Of a stretch of 64,000 nt of DNA, positions 35,559 to 44,811 are shown one piece after another. The stretch covers positions 8,389 through 72,388 of the forward strand of contig DIWW01000016.1 in NCBI GenBank assembly GCA_002435905.1, read 5' to 3'. Below the pieces are notes generated by a model. That model worked only from the letters and a program-made list of their open reading frames with translations. It ran no database searches and was not told where the DNA came from. Both the position numbers and the translations under genes were made by a program. Within the stretch, counting starts at the first letter, position 1; every line of letters starts with the position of its first letter. The stretch is from Peptococcaceae bacterium UBA6096 (GTDB taxonomy: Bacteria > Bacillota > Peptococcia > DRI-13 > UBA5745).

Positions 35559-36872
35559 TCATGAAGCACAGCCGCAGTCTTGGCTTGCGGTGCTCAGATC
35601 ATCATGGGAAAAGACCAGCGCTTGCCGAAGGACCGGGTCCCAGAGAATATGCCCGCCGAAGGCTTCAACCAGCGCCCTGGCCGGGAGCATGATCCTTCCC
35701 AGTTCCAGGATCTCCGGTGAAGTATCCATGGCCCTTTCTACCCCGTTGATCCGGAGCAATTTTTGGCCCAGCGCCAGTTGGACGGTTTGGTCACCTTTGG
35801 TCAAGGTCACGGTTCTGTTCCCCCCATCCCAGAGAATATCCCTCTCCCTGATCCCCATGGCTAGGGCGATAGGGCGCAGGGGGAGATAGGTGCGCCCCTC
35901 ACGGATATAAGGCGCCGCATCCAGTGTGCTTTCTTCGCTTCTTAAATCATAAAGCACGCTGCCGATGGTAAAGCGGGAATAGTCACACTCAATGGGAAGG
36001 GAAAGGTCCCTGCTCCAGGCCACCCAGGAGGGGTCGTAAATTGAAACGTTACCATAATCCAGGATTTGTGTCAATACGAAATAATTCAGGGATGACTGGA
36101 AACCGCTGTGGCAATAAACGATGATCGGAGTTTCTTCGTTGATGCCCTTCTGAAGGTAAAGGGCTCTGAGCTCGTCCACGCTCTTTAACCGTCCTGCCCC
36201 ATCCAGCTGATCCCTCCAATCGATGTTGATGGCGCCGGGGATCCTGCCTCTCCGTGCAGCGGGGGCTGTCAGGATCTGCCCGCTGAACTCTGCGGCACTT
36301 CGGTTGTCGATCAACTGAATATTTCCGCTCATGCTGGAACGAAGCTGGGATGTGCTGGTGTTGATTTTTGTCTGAAATTTCAGCGGGTCCAAGTTGAAGT
36401 CGCTGGGCACAAGGTTCGGTATTTCCTGGGAAATCCCATAGCCCAGGTCTTTCCAGGTCTGCAGGTTGCCATTCAAAACATGGACCGGCCCAATCCCATA
36501 ATGAGTCAGGGTCCACCAGAGCCGCGTGGCGTCATAAGCCGTTTGGCTATAGATATAAAGCGCCGCCCCATTCTGGATGCCCAGCCGGCTGAAAAGCCTT
36601 TCCATCTGGGAAACCGTCAGCAGCTCGCTGGGAACCGGATCCCAGGGATTGGCCAGATCGGAACGTTGGAGATTGATTGCGCCGGGTATATGGCCTGCAG
36701 CATATACTTCCGCAGGGCTCACATCCAATACGGCCGTGTTGGGATCAGACAGAACAAGATTGAGCTCCGCCTCGGTGACCAAAACGCCCGGTTCTGCCAA
36801 AACCGGCAGCGGATTCGTCAGTAAAATCGCGGCTGTAAATACAGAAAACAAAGCTGCTTTGAATTTCCTCAT
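35559..36872 (-). CDS. Secreted tandem-rhodanese sulfurtransferase fused to a copper-amine-oxidase N-terminal-like domain
   Basis: Signal peptide MRKFKAALFSVFTAAILL. Active-site loop YCHSGFQSS. C-terminal LPLRPIALAMGI...MLPARALVEAFG repeat. Start at M31 with GGAGG RBS. Confidence 0.7.
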   Translation of the reverse strand: MRKFKAALFSVFTAAILLTNPLPVLAEPGVLVTEAELNLVLSDPNTAVLDVSPAEVYAAGHIPGAINLQRSDLANPWDPVPSELLTVSQMERLFSRLGIQNGAALYIYSQTAYDATRLWWTLTHYGIGPVHVLNGNLQTWKDLGYGISQEIPNLVPSDFNLDPLKFQTKINTSTSQLRSSMSGNIQLIDNRSAAEFSGQILTAPAARRGRIPGAINIDWRDQLDGAGRLKSVDELRALYLQKGINEETPIIVYCHSGFQSSLNYFVLTQILDYGNVSIYDPSWVAWSRDLSLPIECDYSRFTIGSVLYDLRSEESTLDAAPYIREGRTYLPLRPIALAMGIRERDILWDGGNRTVTLTKGDQTVQLALGQKLLRINGVERAMDTSPEILELGRIMLPARALVEAFGGHILWDPVLRQALVFSHDDLSTASQDCGCAS

Positions 36873-36889
36873 TATGGATCCTCCTCTTA

Positions 36890-37975
36890 TCATGATCGTT
36901 GATTTGATTCGTATGCCCTGAAATCGGAAAAGGTATCGGTTTCGATCATTTGCGGCCGCCAAAGGCTTGAATTGGAGAGGACCGCCCTTCGCTCAGGGTC
37001 CTCCGTCAGCACTTTGGTCAGGAAGGGACTGCCCTCTTTTGAAACGTTGCTCTTGAGAAAGCCTAGCTCTCGGGGAATCCTGCCGCCTTTTTCGTAACAG
37101 GTATCCCAAATGCACAGGAGGGTATGGTCCCGCTTCAAGTCCAGCATAAGCTTGGCATAGGCAGCCGTCAGCTTTTCTTCATCCTCTGTATCGCAGTGAA
37201 CGGCGGCTAGGTTGGCGGTGACGAACCGGTCGCTGCGCCGGTAGTCTTTGACCAAAAAAGAAGCGATGGGCATCTCTCCTTCCCTTGCTTCGTAAAAGAC
37301 ATATCCATCGGCAAGCTTCCAGTCCTGCATTTCGGGGGTGGCGTAAAAAGACAAAGCGTCTGGGTTGCGGACGCCCTCCATCCAGCCTTCCGGCATTCGG
37401 TCACGTTTTTGCACCCTGATATTTTTAAGGCCGGCGGCCTTCCAACGGATTTTCAGCCACAAAATCTCCATAGCGGCGTTGGCCAAAGAGGGAACGCGGC
37501 GGCTGAACCGCTCCTGCAGCACGGTCTTTGCGTCAATGGGCAGATATAGCTTTTTGATCCGGCAGGTCACCGTCCAACCGAGCTTGATAAAGGCGCCGTA
37601 GGATTTGTTGTTGGGGAAGGTGATCATCACATCCCAGCCTTGGTCTGCATAATAGGCTTCGGCGTATTTCAGGATTCCTGTGAAGATCCCCCGGCCCTGA
37701 TAGGCCGGATCCACGCAGACATCACAGGGCTGGATGGCGCTATAAATTGTGTTTTGGTAGATATATTGAAGGGGCACATAGGTGCTCAATCCGATGATCC
37801 GTTCTCCCTCTATGGCGCAAAAAACATTGGATGCTTTGCTGAGAGGATTCATATAATGTTTTTGATGCCACATGGATTCCGTTTCACTGCTGCCAAAGGC
37901 TTTGTTGAAAAGAGCCACCTGCTGTGGAATCGAGTCTTTTTCAGCCATTTGATAGGTATAGTCATCCATGCCCAT
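36890..37975 (-). CDS. GNAT-family acetyltransferase, 361 aa
   Basis: VDPAYQGRGIFTGIL is an acetyl-CoA binding motif. Confidence 0.7.
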   Translation of the reverse strand: MGMDDYTYQMAEKDSIPQQVALFNKAFGSSETESMWHQKHYMNPLSKASNVFCAIEGERIIGLSTYVPLQYIYQNTIYSAIQPCDVCVDPAYQGRGIFTGILKYAEAYYADQGWDVMITFPNNKSYGAFIKLGWTVTCRIKKLYLPIDAKTVLQERFSRRVPSLANAAMEILWLKIRWKAAGLKNIRVQKRDRMPEGWMEGVRNPDALSFYATPEMQDWKLADGYVFYEAREGEMPIASFLVKDYRRSDRFVTANLAAVHCDTEDEEKLTAAYAKLMLDLKRDHTLLCIWDTCYEKGGRIPRELGFLKSNVSKEGSPFLTKVLTEDPERRAVLSNSSLWRPQMIETDTFSDFRAYESNQRS

Positions 37976-38002
37976 CCCCCCCTTTTCCTGCCGGGCTGGC
38001 CA

Positions 38003-38965
38003 TCAGAAGTCCCCCCGGGCGATTTCTTGCATATTTCTGCTTAAAAAGCCGTATTGTTGCTTCAGACTCTGATAATAATCCAGAATGTCCCTTACCTGTT
38101 CCAGGGATATTTGGGGGTTGAAGCCCATATTATGAGGGTGCCACCACAAGTGGAAGACCAGTCCTTTTTGGGCGGCCTGCCGCATTTGGCCTTTGATCCG
38201 GGCAAGCTTGAGCCCCTCCAACCCGGCCAGTTCCATTGAATAGGGCCTGAAAAAGCGGGACCCGGTGATGTTCACCATGTGTTTCCCGTCAGGGATCGGA
38301 GGCGGATAGCCGTTGTGGCCCGTCAAAGGAAGATAGGCATCCAGAAGCCGAAACATACGCTTAACCGGAACCGGCTTGATCCTGTAGATCCAGTTCTCTT
38401 CCTGCCCTCGATAGGCTGTGAACCCAATTTCAAAACATTTTTCGATGTAGTCGCTTCTGCATTCGTTCCTGGGAAATATAATCGATGTGATCCGGCAATC
38501 CACTTTTTCGGCAATGCGGAGAGCAGCCGCCAGATCAGCTTCGAAGGTCTCCGAGGTTTGCCCTCGTTCATTGCAATAATAATGGGAAAAGGTATGGGAG
38601 GCGATTTCTTGATAAGGGGTCTTTTGAATGGCTTCGATCAGGGATTTTCCATAAAATATCGGATCGCTGGACTCATCCTCCCCAAGGGAATCCAGCAATC
38701 GATAACCAGAGCGTATAGGGTTGGTGTACTGGGGCAGCTGGACTGGCAAATATTTTAAGATTTCTTCTTTGTTGTCCGCGAACAGGAATCCGACCACCGC
38801 CCAGGTCCCATGGATCTCATAAGCCTTTAATAGCTCCAGCATCTCTTTGGCCGCCTGTTTTCCCGCAAGGATGGCAGGGCCGAACCGCTGGATCTTCTGC
38901 GAATCATGAACTCCCCAAAAATGTTCAACATCCATTGAAATGCACAGGATTCCGGGCCTGCTCAT
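38003..38965 (-). CDS. Polysaccharide deacetylase family protein
   Basis: ISMDVEHFWG and ASHTFSHYY are NodB-like His motifs. Confidence 0.75.
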   Translation of the reverse strand: MSRPGILCISMDVEHFWGVHDSQKIQRFGPAILAGKQAAKEMLELLKAYEIHGTWAVVGFLFADNKEEILKYLPVQLPQYTNPIRSGYRLLDSLGEDESSDPIFYGKSLIEAIQKTPYQEIASHTFSHYYCNERGQTSETFEADLAAALRIAEKVDCRITSIIFPRNECRSDYIEKCFEIGFTAYRGQEENWIYRIKPVPVKRMFRLLDAYLPLTGHNGYPPPIPDGKHMVNITGSRFFRPYSMELAGLEGLKLARIKGQMRQAAQKGLVFHLWWHPHNMGFNPQISLEQVRDILDYYQSLKQQYGFLSRNMQEIARGDF

Positions 38966-39087
38966 AAAGATTATCCTTTCATTTTTTACTTAATTCTAAC
39001 ATATTTCAGACTATTTGCATAATTATCTGGAAATTTCTTCTTGTTTCCCTTGCCTTAAGGCAAAGCGTCAGCATCCTCTTTCAAATC

Positions 39088-39123
39088 ATAAAAAGGCAGC
39101 GGCGCCTTCTTCGCACCGCTGCC
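39088..39123 (-). terminator. Intrinsic terminator after nifU
   Basis: GGCAGCGG-loop-CCGCTGCC followed by TTTTTAT on the minus strand. Confidence 0.65.
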
Positions 39124-39143
39124 CAAGGGAATGCTTGTGATTT

Positions 39144-39575
39144 TTAATGGCAGCAGCCATGATCGCAATCAGCGCACTCGCTGAAAAGGCTGGGATCGTA
39201 GGCAATGCCTTTACGGTCATAATAATTCTTCACGGCGGCCTTTACCGCTTCCTCCGCCAGCACCGAGCAATGGATTTTTTGGACCGGCAGTCCATCCAGG
39301 GCCTCCACCACCGCTTTGTTGGATAAGGTCATGGCTTCCTCCACGGTTTTTCCCTTGATCATCTCCGTGGCCATGCTGCTGGTGGCAATGGCCGAACCAC
39401 AGCCGAAGGTGTTGAATTTTACATCCTGGATAATGCCCTCTTCGATTTTTAGATACATCCGCATAATGTCGCCGCATTTGGCGTTTCCCACTTCGCCGAC
39501 GCCGTCCGCGTCCTCGATTTTTCCCACATTCCGGGGATTGGTGAAATGATCCATAACTTTTTCAGTGTATAACAT
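39144..39575 (-). CDS. nifU: Fe-S cluster assembly scaffold (NifU/IscU-like)
   Basis: GNAKCGD...FGCGSAIA...HCS conserved Cys ligands. Confidence 0.9.
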   Translation of the reverse strand: MLYTEKVMDHFTNPRNVGKIEDADGVGEVGNAKCGDIMRMYLKIEEGIIQDVKFNTFGCGSAIATSSMATEMIKGKTVEEAMTLSNKAVVEALDGLPVQKIHCSVLAEEAVKAAVKNYYDRKGIAYDPSLFSECADCDHGCCH

Positions 39576-40752
39576 AGTCAGCCTTTCCTTTCTGTAAATC
39601 GTCCCAGACGGGTGATATGGAGCGTAAATAGTCTACAACCTGTGGAACGGTTTGGATCATAGAATCAACTTCTTCTTTTGTATTATGTTCACAGAGGGAT
39701 AACCGCAAGGAGCCGTGGGCCACCTCATGGGACCTTCCAATGGCCAGCAGCACATGGCTGGGGTCCAGGGATCCGGAGGTACAGGCGGATCCGCTGGAGG
39801 CTGCGATCCCCTTCATGTCCAGAAGCAGCAGCAGGGATTCTCCTTCGATCCCCTCAAAACACATATTGACGTTGCCGGGAAGTCTGTTTTCCATATCGCC
39901 GTTCACCACGGAATGAGGAATTTTTGAAAGCCCTGCAATCAATTGGTCTCTTAGGCTGGTCACATAAGCAGTCTGCGGGCCCATGGATCCGCAGGCTTCC
40001 TCCAGCGCCGCGGCCATGCCCATGATGGCGGGGATATTCTCCGTGCCTGCTCTTTTGCCGCGCTCCTGGGCGCCGCCATGGATGATGTTCGTCAGCGGGA
40101 TGCCTTTTCTTGCGTAGAGAACGCCGGCACCCTTGGGGCCATGGAATTTGTGGGCGGACAAGGAAAGCATATCAATGTTCATACCCTTGACATCGATGGG
40201 CAGATGCCCTGCTGCCTGGACAGCGTCGGTATGGAACAAAACCCCTTTTTCCCGGCAGATGCTGCCGATTTCCGCGATGGGCTGGATGGTGCCGATTTCG
40301 TTGTTTGCAAACATAATGGTCACCAGGGCGGTATCCTGCCGCAGGGCAGCGGCCACGTCTTCGGGCTTCACAAGCCCTTTTTCATAAACATCAAGCAGGG
40401 TGATCTCAAAGCCTTGCTTTTCCAAATTCTCCAGGGTGTGCAGGACGGCATGATGCTCGAATTTTGATGAAATGATGTGTTTCTTGCCTTTCGCCGCGCC
40501 CATCATGGCGCCGGATAGAATGGCTTGGTTATCCGCTTCGCTGCCGCCGGAGGTGAAATAGATTTCCCGGGCTGTGCAGCCCAGATGACCGGCCACGACT
40601 TCCCTGGCTTGACCTAAGGCCTCTGCCGCTTCCTGTCCATGGGAATGGAGGCTGGAGGGATTGCCGTAAATCTTATCCATGTACGGCAGCATGGCATTGA
40701 TGGCCGTCTGGCTCATTTGGGTGGTCGCCGCATTATCTGCGTAAATTCTCAT
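39562..40752 (-). CDS. nifS: Cysteine desulfurase
   Basis: [11 protein letters not shown], the [13 protein letters not shown]-Lys motif, and the SSGSACTS active-site Cys. Overlaps nifU by 14 nt. Confidence 0.9.
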   Translation of the reverse strand: MRIYADNAATTQMSQTAINAMLPYMDKIYGNPSSLHSHGQEAAEALGQAREVVAGHLGCTAREIYFTSGGSEADNQAILSGAMMGAAKGKKHIISSKFEHHAVLHTLENLEKQGFEITLLDVYEKGLVKPEDVAAALRQDTALVTIMFANNEIGTIQPIAEIGSICREKGVLFHTDAVQAAGHLPIDVKGMNIDMLSLSAHKFHGPKGAGVLYARKGIPLTNIIHGGAQERGKRAGTENIPAIMGMAAALEEACGSMGPQTAYVTSLRDQLIAGLSKIPHSVVNGDMENRLPGNVNMCFEGIEGESLLLLLDMKGIAASSGSACTSGSLDPSHVLLAIGRSHEVAHGSLRLSLCEHNTKEEVDSMIQTVPQVVDYLRSISPVWDDLQKGKADYVIH

Positions 40753-40894
40753 ATTTTTCATTCCTCGCATTTCCTATAGGTTTTATAGGAATTATACACC
40801 AAGGCTCTTTGGGTTGTCAATACTTCCCTATCATATTTATAGGATTTAACAGCAAGCACACTGAGTCGGGAAAAAGTCGCCCGATCACCGAAGC

Positions 40895-41332
40895 CTATGA
40901 GATGCAATCTTCTGCTGAGCTGCTGCCGGCTTGCAGGACCAAATCCGCAAGGGTTACACTTTCCAGATAGTCTTCGATCCGCCGATCCAGCTCCCGCCAC
41001 ATGGGAAGGGTGGCGCATCGGCCGGCACGGGGGCAGAGACTCTCGACCATATCCAGGCAAGACACAGGGGCAAGACTTCCCTCCGCCGCTTTTAAGATGG
41101 CGCCGACCGTATACTTTTCCGATGACTTGGCAAGACGGTAGCCTCCACCTTTGCCGCGGGAGCTGAGTACGAAGCCCGCTTTGCTCAATAGGCCTATAAT
41201 CATTTCCGAGTATTTTTCGGAGATTTCCTGCCGCTGGGATATATCTTTCAAGGGTATGTACGCACCGGTATCCTGCTGCGCCAGGTCTACCATGATTCTT
41301 AGGGCATACCGTCCTTTGGTTGAAATCTTCAC
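40895..41332 (-). CDS. Rrf2-family regulator (IscR/CymR-like)
   Basis: VKISTKGRYALRIMVDLA. GTG start at 41332 with AAGGAGG RBS. The longer track ORF (to 41497) is an upstream extension. Confidence 0.85.
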   Translation of the reverse strand: MKISTKGRYALRIMVDLAQQDTGAYIPLKDISQRQEISEKYSEMIIGLLSKAGFVLSSRGKGGGYRLAKSSEKYTVGAILKAAEGSLAPVSCLDMVESLCPRAGRCATLPMWRELDRRIEDYLESVTLADLVLQAGSSSAEDCIS

Positions 41333-41481
41333 ACCGGCCACCTCCTTAATATTTTCTATAATACTATAGGTTTTGTAGGATTTCAAGCCGCACCCCCCAA
41401 ACAAAAAGAGACTTCCAATGAAGTCTCTTTTTGGAGGCAAACCCCTGCGGGAAGGCAGAGTTTCATAAATCACTGGATCGG

Positions 41482-41670
41482 CTAGTCCATGCAGCACTCG
41501 GCGCCGATCTGGTCACTGATTTGATTGAGGGTTGTAAACAATTGATTGAAGGCATGCTGGATTTCCCAGGTCATTTCCGTATCAAAGTCGATGTTCTTGT
41601 ATTTGATCCCCAGCAAAGTCAAATCGGTGTCGGTATCGCTTCCAATGTAATCGATCATGATTTTTTCCAT
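41482..41670 (-). CDS. Hypothetical acidic 62-aa protein
   Basis: MEKIMIDYIGSDTDTD... with AAGGAG RBS 7 nt upstream. No homology recognised. Confidence 0.4.
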   Translation of the reverse strand: MEKIMIDYIGSDTDTDLTLLGIKYKNIDFDTEMTWEIQHAFNQLFTTLNQISDQIGAECCMD

Positions 41671-41904
41671 ATACATTCTCCTTCGTCTCACGTGGCACTG
41701 TTCAGCAATGTTGGCCTGACCGGTCGATCGTGGGCCTATGGGTGTATTCTATTTTGAATGATAAAGGATTCATCGGACCGCATCAACCATCGTTATTATT
41801 TAGACTTTCTCTCAAGCTGCAATTAACAAGGTTGCAAGCCTCGCCAAGATGGATTGCTATTTTATTATGAAACTTTGCGATTAATTTAACAATCGACCCG
41901 AAAT

Positions 41905-41939
41905 GAAAAAGGCCTCTCCGGATTCACCCGGAAGAGGCC
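41905..41939 (-). terminator. Intrinsic terminator after the carbonic anhydrase gene
   Basis: GGCCTCTTCCGG-loop-CCGGAGAGGCC followed by TTTTTCATTT on the minus strand. Confidence 0.65.
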
Positions 41940-41982
41940 ATCGCTTTCTCACAACCCTAAGTTCCATTGCCGAAACCTATCT

Positions 41983-42522
41983 TTACATCATATCGACCTT
42001 CCCGGTGACCGGGTCCATGATCATTCCATAAACCTGGATATCCCCGGGAATCAGAGGATGCTCCAGGATATTCCGCATCGTGGCCTTCACCGAGCTTTCC
42101 ACGCAGTCAAAGCCCCGCAGCCAAACGTCAAAGTCCACGCCGCAGAATTTGATCAAATCAATGGTTTCCTTGTGGATGCCTCGTTGCTGCATTTTTTCCT
42201 GGATGGCTTGGTTGTCGATGTTTTGCATGCCGCAATCCCGGTGGCCTACCACCAGGATGGTGTCCACCTCCAGATTGTAGATGGCAATGATCAGACTGCG
42301 CATCACGCTTCCGAAGGGGGAGGAAATCACGGCGCCGGCGTTTTTGATCATTTTCACATCGCCGTTCCGCATGCCCAGCGCAGCCGGCAGCAGCTCGGTC
42401 AGCCGGGTGTCCATGCAAGTCAGGATGGCGATCCGTTTGTTGGGCAGCTTGCTTGTCATGAATTGCTCGTATTGCTTTTCTTCAACAAATTCCTGGTTGC
42501 TTTTCAAAATATCCCGGATCAT
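41983..42522 (-). CDS. Beta-class carbonic anhydrase
   Basis: CMDTR...HRDCGM Zn ligands. The start is M5 (42522) or M1 (42534). Confidence 0.85.
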   Translation of the reverse strand: MIRDILKSNQEFVEEKQYEQFMTSKLPNKRIAILTCMDTRLTELLPAALGMRNGDVKMIKNAGAVISSPFGSVMRSLIIAIYNLEVDTILVVGHRDCGMQNIDNQAIQEKMQQRGIHKETIDLIKFCGVDFDVWLRGFDCVESSVKATMRNILEHPLIPGDIQVYGMIMDPVTGKVDMM

Positions 42523-42530
42523 TCCGCACC

Positions 42531-42779
42531 TCATTTCTTTTCTGAAGAATAACTCAGAATAAATTTTCCATAGGTTTTGATCATATCCAGCACCACCCTG
42601 GCCTTGCCGCTAAACAATAGGGAAAACTCCGCTGCGAAAAAGAATCTGCATTCTTCACATAGACCCGGAATGTCGATGCAGCGGCCGCAAACCCATTGTT
42701 TCCCGTTTTCGATGACAACACACTGGTAACAGGGTGTCTTGAATCCATGGATTTTGCGAATGTGTCTACGGTCAAGGGC
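42531..42779 (-). other. 82 sense codons in frame immediately after the RluA-family TAA stop, encoding a Cys-rich (CxxC-x10-CxxC, CxxC) peptide with no canonical start codon
   Basis: My translation: ALDRRHIRKIHGFKTPCYQCVVIENGKQWVCGRCIDIPGLCEECRFFF...SSEKK. Its TGA overlaps the ATG at 42534 (ATGA). Confidence 0.3.
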
Positions 42780-43700
42780 TTATCGTTCATTAAACAAGCG
42801 CAAAAACTCAGGGGGTATGGGCGCTTCAAAATACATAGGCTGCTTCGTGACTGGATGGCGAAAAGCCAAAATCTGGGCGTGCAGCGCCAGCCGTCCCATG
42901 GGGTCCGTCTTGGCGCCATATTTTTTATCCCCGAGAATGCTATGCCCGATATCTTTCATGTGCACACGGATTTGGTTTTTTCGGCCGGTTTCCAGGTGGA
43001 TCTTCAGCAGGGAACGGGTCCCTGTGCTTTTCAGCACCTGATAATGGGTGATGGCGACCGCACCTTCCCCGGGCTTGGTGGTGCTGTACATCATTTTAGT
43101 TTTGGTCTCTGCCAACCTTGATGAAATGGTCCCCTCTGGTTTTCTGACCGGTCCTTCCACCGCGGCAAGGTAAGCCCGTTCCGTCACCATGCTTTTCCAG
43201 TGGTTCTGGAACTGGTTTTTCACCGCTTCGCTTTTGGCGAACAACATGACGCCGGAGGTGTCCCGGTCCAGCCGGTGTACGATAAAAAGCCTGTTGCCGG
43301 GATCCGTCCTGTGGACATGGTTCATGAGCAGATGATAGGCGGTTTTTTCTTTTTCTGCTTCCGAGGCAATGGTCAGCAGACCGGAAGGTTTGTTGATTAC
43401 AATAAGGTAAGGGTCTTCGAACAAAATTTCCAGGCCCTTCACCGTTTCCGGCGCCTTGGCATGGGACCAGTCAATGACCACCTCCTGGCCCGCCGAAAGC
43501 AATTGATTGTATTGTTTGACCACCTTCCCGTCGGCAGAGACCTGCCCCCGGGTCAGCAAGGCTTTGATGTGGTTCCTCGTTCGATCCGGCAGCTTCTCGA
43601 TGAGAAATACCATCAATTCAACCGGCGCCCCGACCTGCAGACGTGTCTTTTTCTCTCGGGGCTTCAGGCCTGCCTGATTCCCGGAATTCTGTTGCTTCAT
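42780..43700 (-). CDS. RluA-family 23S rRNA pseudouridine synthase with S4 domain
   Basis: HRLDRDTSGVMLFAKS catalytic motif. N-terminal S4-like region. Confidence 0.9.
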   Translation of the reverse strand: MKQQNSGNQAGLKPREKKTRLQVGAPVELMVFLIEKLPDRTRNHIKALLTRGQVSADGKVVKQYNQLLSAGQEVVIDWSHAKAPETVKGLEILFEDPYLIVINKPSGLLTIASEAEKEKTAYHLLMNHVHRTDPGNRLFIVHRLDRDTSGVMLFAKSEAVKNQFQNHWKSMVTERAYLAAVEGPVRKPEGTISSRLAETKTKMMYSTTKPGEGAVAITHYQVLKSTGTRSLLKIHLETGRKNQIRVHMKDIGHSILGDKKYGAKTDPMGRLALHAQILAFRHPVTKQPMYFEAPIPPEFLRLFNER

Positions 43701-43740
43701 GAAGTCCTCCTTGGCGCGTTGGTCGGGTCCGGCAACCGAT

Positions 43741-44133
43741 TCATTTGCTGAATTTCAGCATTTCCTTCCACTCCATCAAGGTGTCATGGTCCCTGCTGAC
43801 ATCCTTGATCACCAGGTTTTCAAACCGGCTCAGCCGCTTTCTGGTCAAAACCGCCATCTTCAGGACATCCCTGTTTTGGGTGGTGGTGGTTCCTTTGATG
43901 ATTTCGATAAGGGCTGAGTCATTCACATAGACGATGATTTCCTCAGCCGCGTGATCCTTCAGCTCATTCAAAAGTGTCTGCAAGGCGACTTGGCCTACCA
44001 CCGCCGGCTTTCTGTAGTCCAGCATCAGGGATTTCTTGAAGATCAGCGTTTCATCGCTGAAAACGCAGTATTGTACCTGGATATCCTCACCTTCATAGGT
44101 GGTCGAGATACCTGCCAAATATGCTTTGATCAT
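43741..44133 (-). CDS. Hypothetical 130-aa protein
   Basis: Start at MIKAYLAG with GGAGG RBS 7 nt upstream. No catalytic motif recognised. Confidence 0.5.
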   Translation of the reverse strand: MIKAYLAGISTTYEGEDIQVQYCVFSDETLIFKKSLMLDYRKPAVVGQVALQTLLNELKDHAAEEIIVYVNDSALIEIIKGTTTTQNRDVLKMAVLTRKRLSRFENLVIKDVSRDHDTLMEWKEMLKFSK

Positions 44134-44199
44134 TTGCTGCCTCCGTCTCAATGATTCGTAGGATCGCCCTCCGGGGAGGTGCCCGGCCAACGATTCTGT

Positions 44200-44677
44200 T
44201 TCCTACCCATCAGTATAAACCATCCGGCAAGAATTGTCTGCCTCTGTGTTCAGGCTGGCGCGGCCTTGCTTGCTAAAGATCAGAAATATTCTTTAAAATA
44301 ATGAATTAGAGCAAGCATTTCATGATTCCTGAGGAACCAATCATACTTGCCCTAATCCTTGGGGTGGCTTTGCAACTCTGCATGCCTCCTTAGTGTATTC
44401 CTTGAATTTCGCTTCTGCAGTTTGGTTACTGCTTTGCTACTCTGTTTGCCTGTCGAGCCTTCCGGTTTCTTCTGAGTGCTTGTTCAGGTGATGTTGAGAT
44501 ATATCCAGTTATCTGGAGGATGTGTATCTCAAGGGGGAACCTGGCCACATCTGCAGACTATCCTGTACATTCTCTGTGCAGCCTTGCAGCTTTCACCTTA
44601 GCCTCTTTGGGATTCCTTCTGGTCGGGCAAACTCTTCAAGGTTCCCTAGTACTTTAACTTTCGTTGTTTCCTAGGTT
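44200..44677 (-). ncRNA. Candidate structured RNA or long 5' leader, class unknown
   Basis: No ORF of 60 aa or more in any frame between 44191 and 44944. A near-consensus promoter lies directly upstream. Several stems can be drawn by hand, e.g. GGGAACCU...AGGUUCCC spanning ~125 nt, GAGAUA..UCCAG-AUAA-CUGGA..UAUCUC, and GCUUGCU...AGCAAGC. Confidence 0.3.
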
Positions 44678-44683
44678 GACTTT

Positions 44684-44712
44684 ATTATAAAGGATGAAAG
44701 GGAAAAAAGCAA
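44684..44712 (-). promoter_or_regulatory. Near-consensus sigma-A promoter (TTGCTT-17 nt-TATAAT)
   Basis: -35 at 44707-44712 and -10 at 44684-44689 on the minus strand, with an exact 17-nt spacer counted by hand. Confidence 0.55.
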
Positions 44713-44811
44713 GGGCTTTTGCGCGAATTTTTTAATTATTTATGTTTTTCTGTGTCTTTATTTTTATATATTCTGTTTATTTACAAGAATTAGGGGAGAA
44801 AGAATTAAGAA

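Noticed and set aside
40895-41497. Long N-terminal extensions of track ORFs (Rrf2 to 41497, DUF2779 to 9194, GH20 to 29014, rhodanese to 36962, acpP to 63305, fabG to 61184, others)
   Set aside because: The family-typical N-termini start at internal ATG or GTG codons preceded by good SD sequences. The extensions overlap upstream genes or lack an RBS.
42581-42919. 112-aa minus-strand ORF spanning the 3' end of the RluA-family gene
   Set aside because: It overlaps the well-supported RluA frame and has no motif or RBS. The interesting frame in this spacer is the in-frame extension, reported separately.
44200-44677. Tested the ORF-free region by eye for known RNA families
   Set aside because: It has no GAGGAAAGUCC/ACAGAA..GGCUUA pair (RNase P), no tRNA-like GGUUCGA..CCACCA end (tmRNA), no GGUGCUGUUU/AGGAAGCAGCC (SRP) and no GGGUGGUACCGCG (T-box). 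Resemblances to cobalamin (GGUGAAA, AGUCUGCAGAUGUGGCC), FMN (CCCGACC, AGUCUG) and c-di-GMP-I (GGCAAAC..GCAAAGC) cores are fragmentary, in the wrong order, or lack the intervening helices. I assigned no class.
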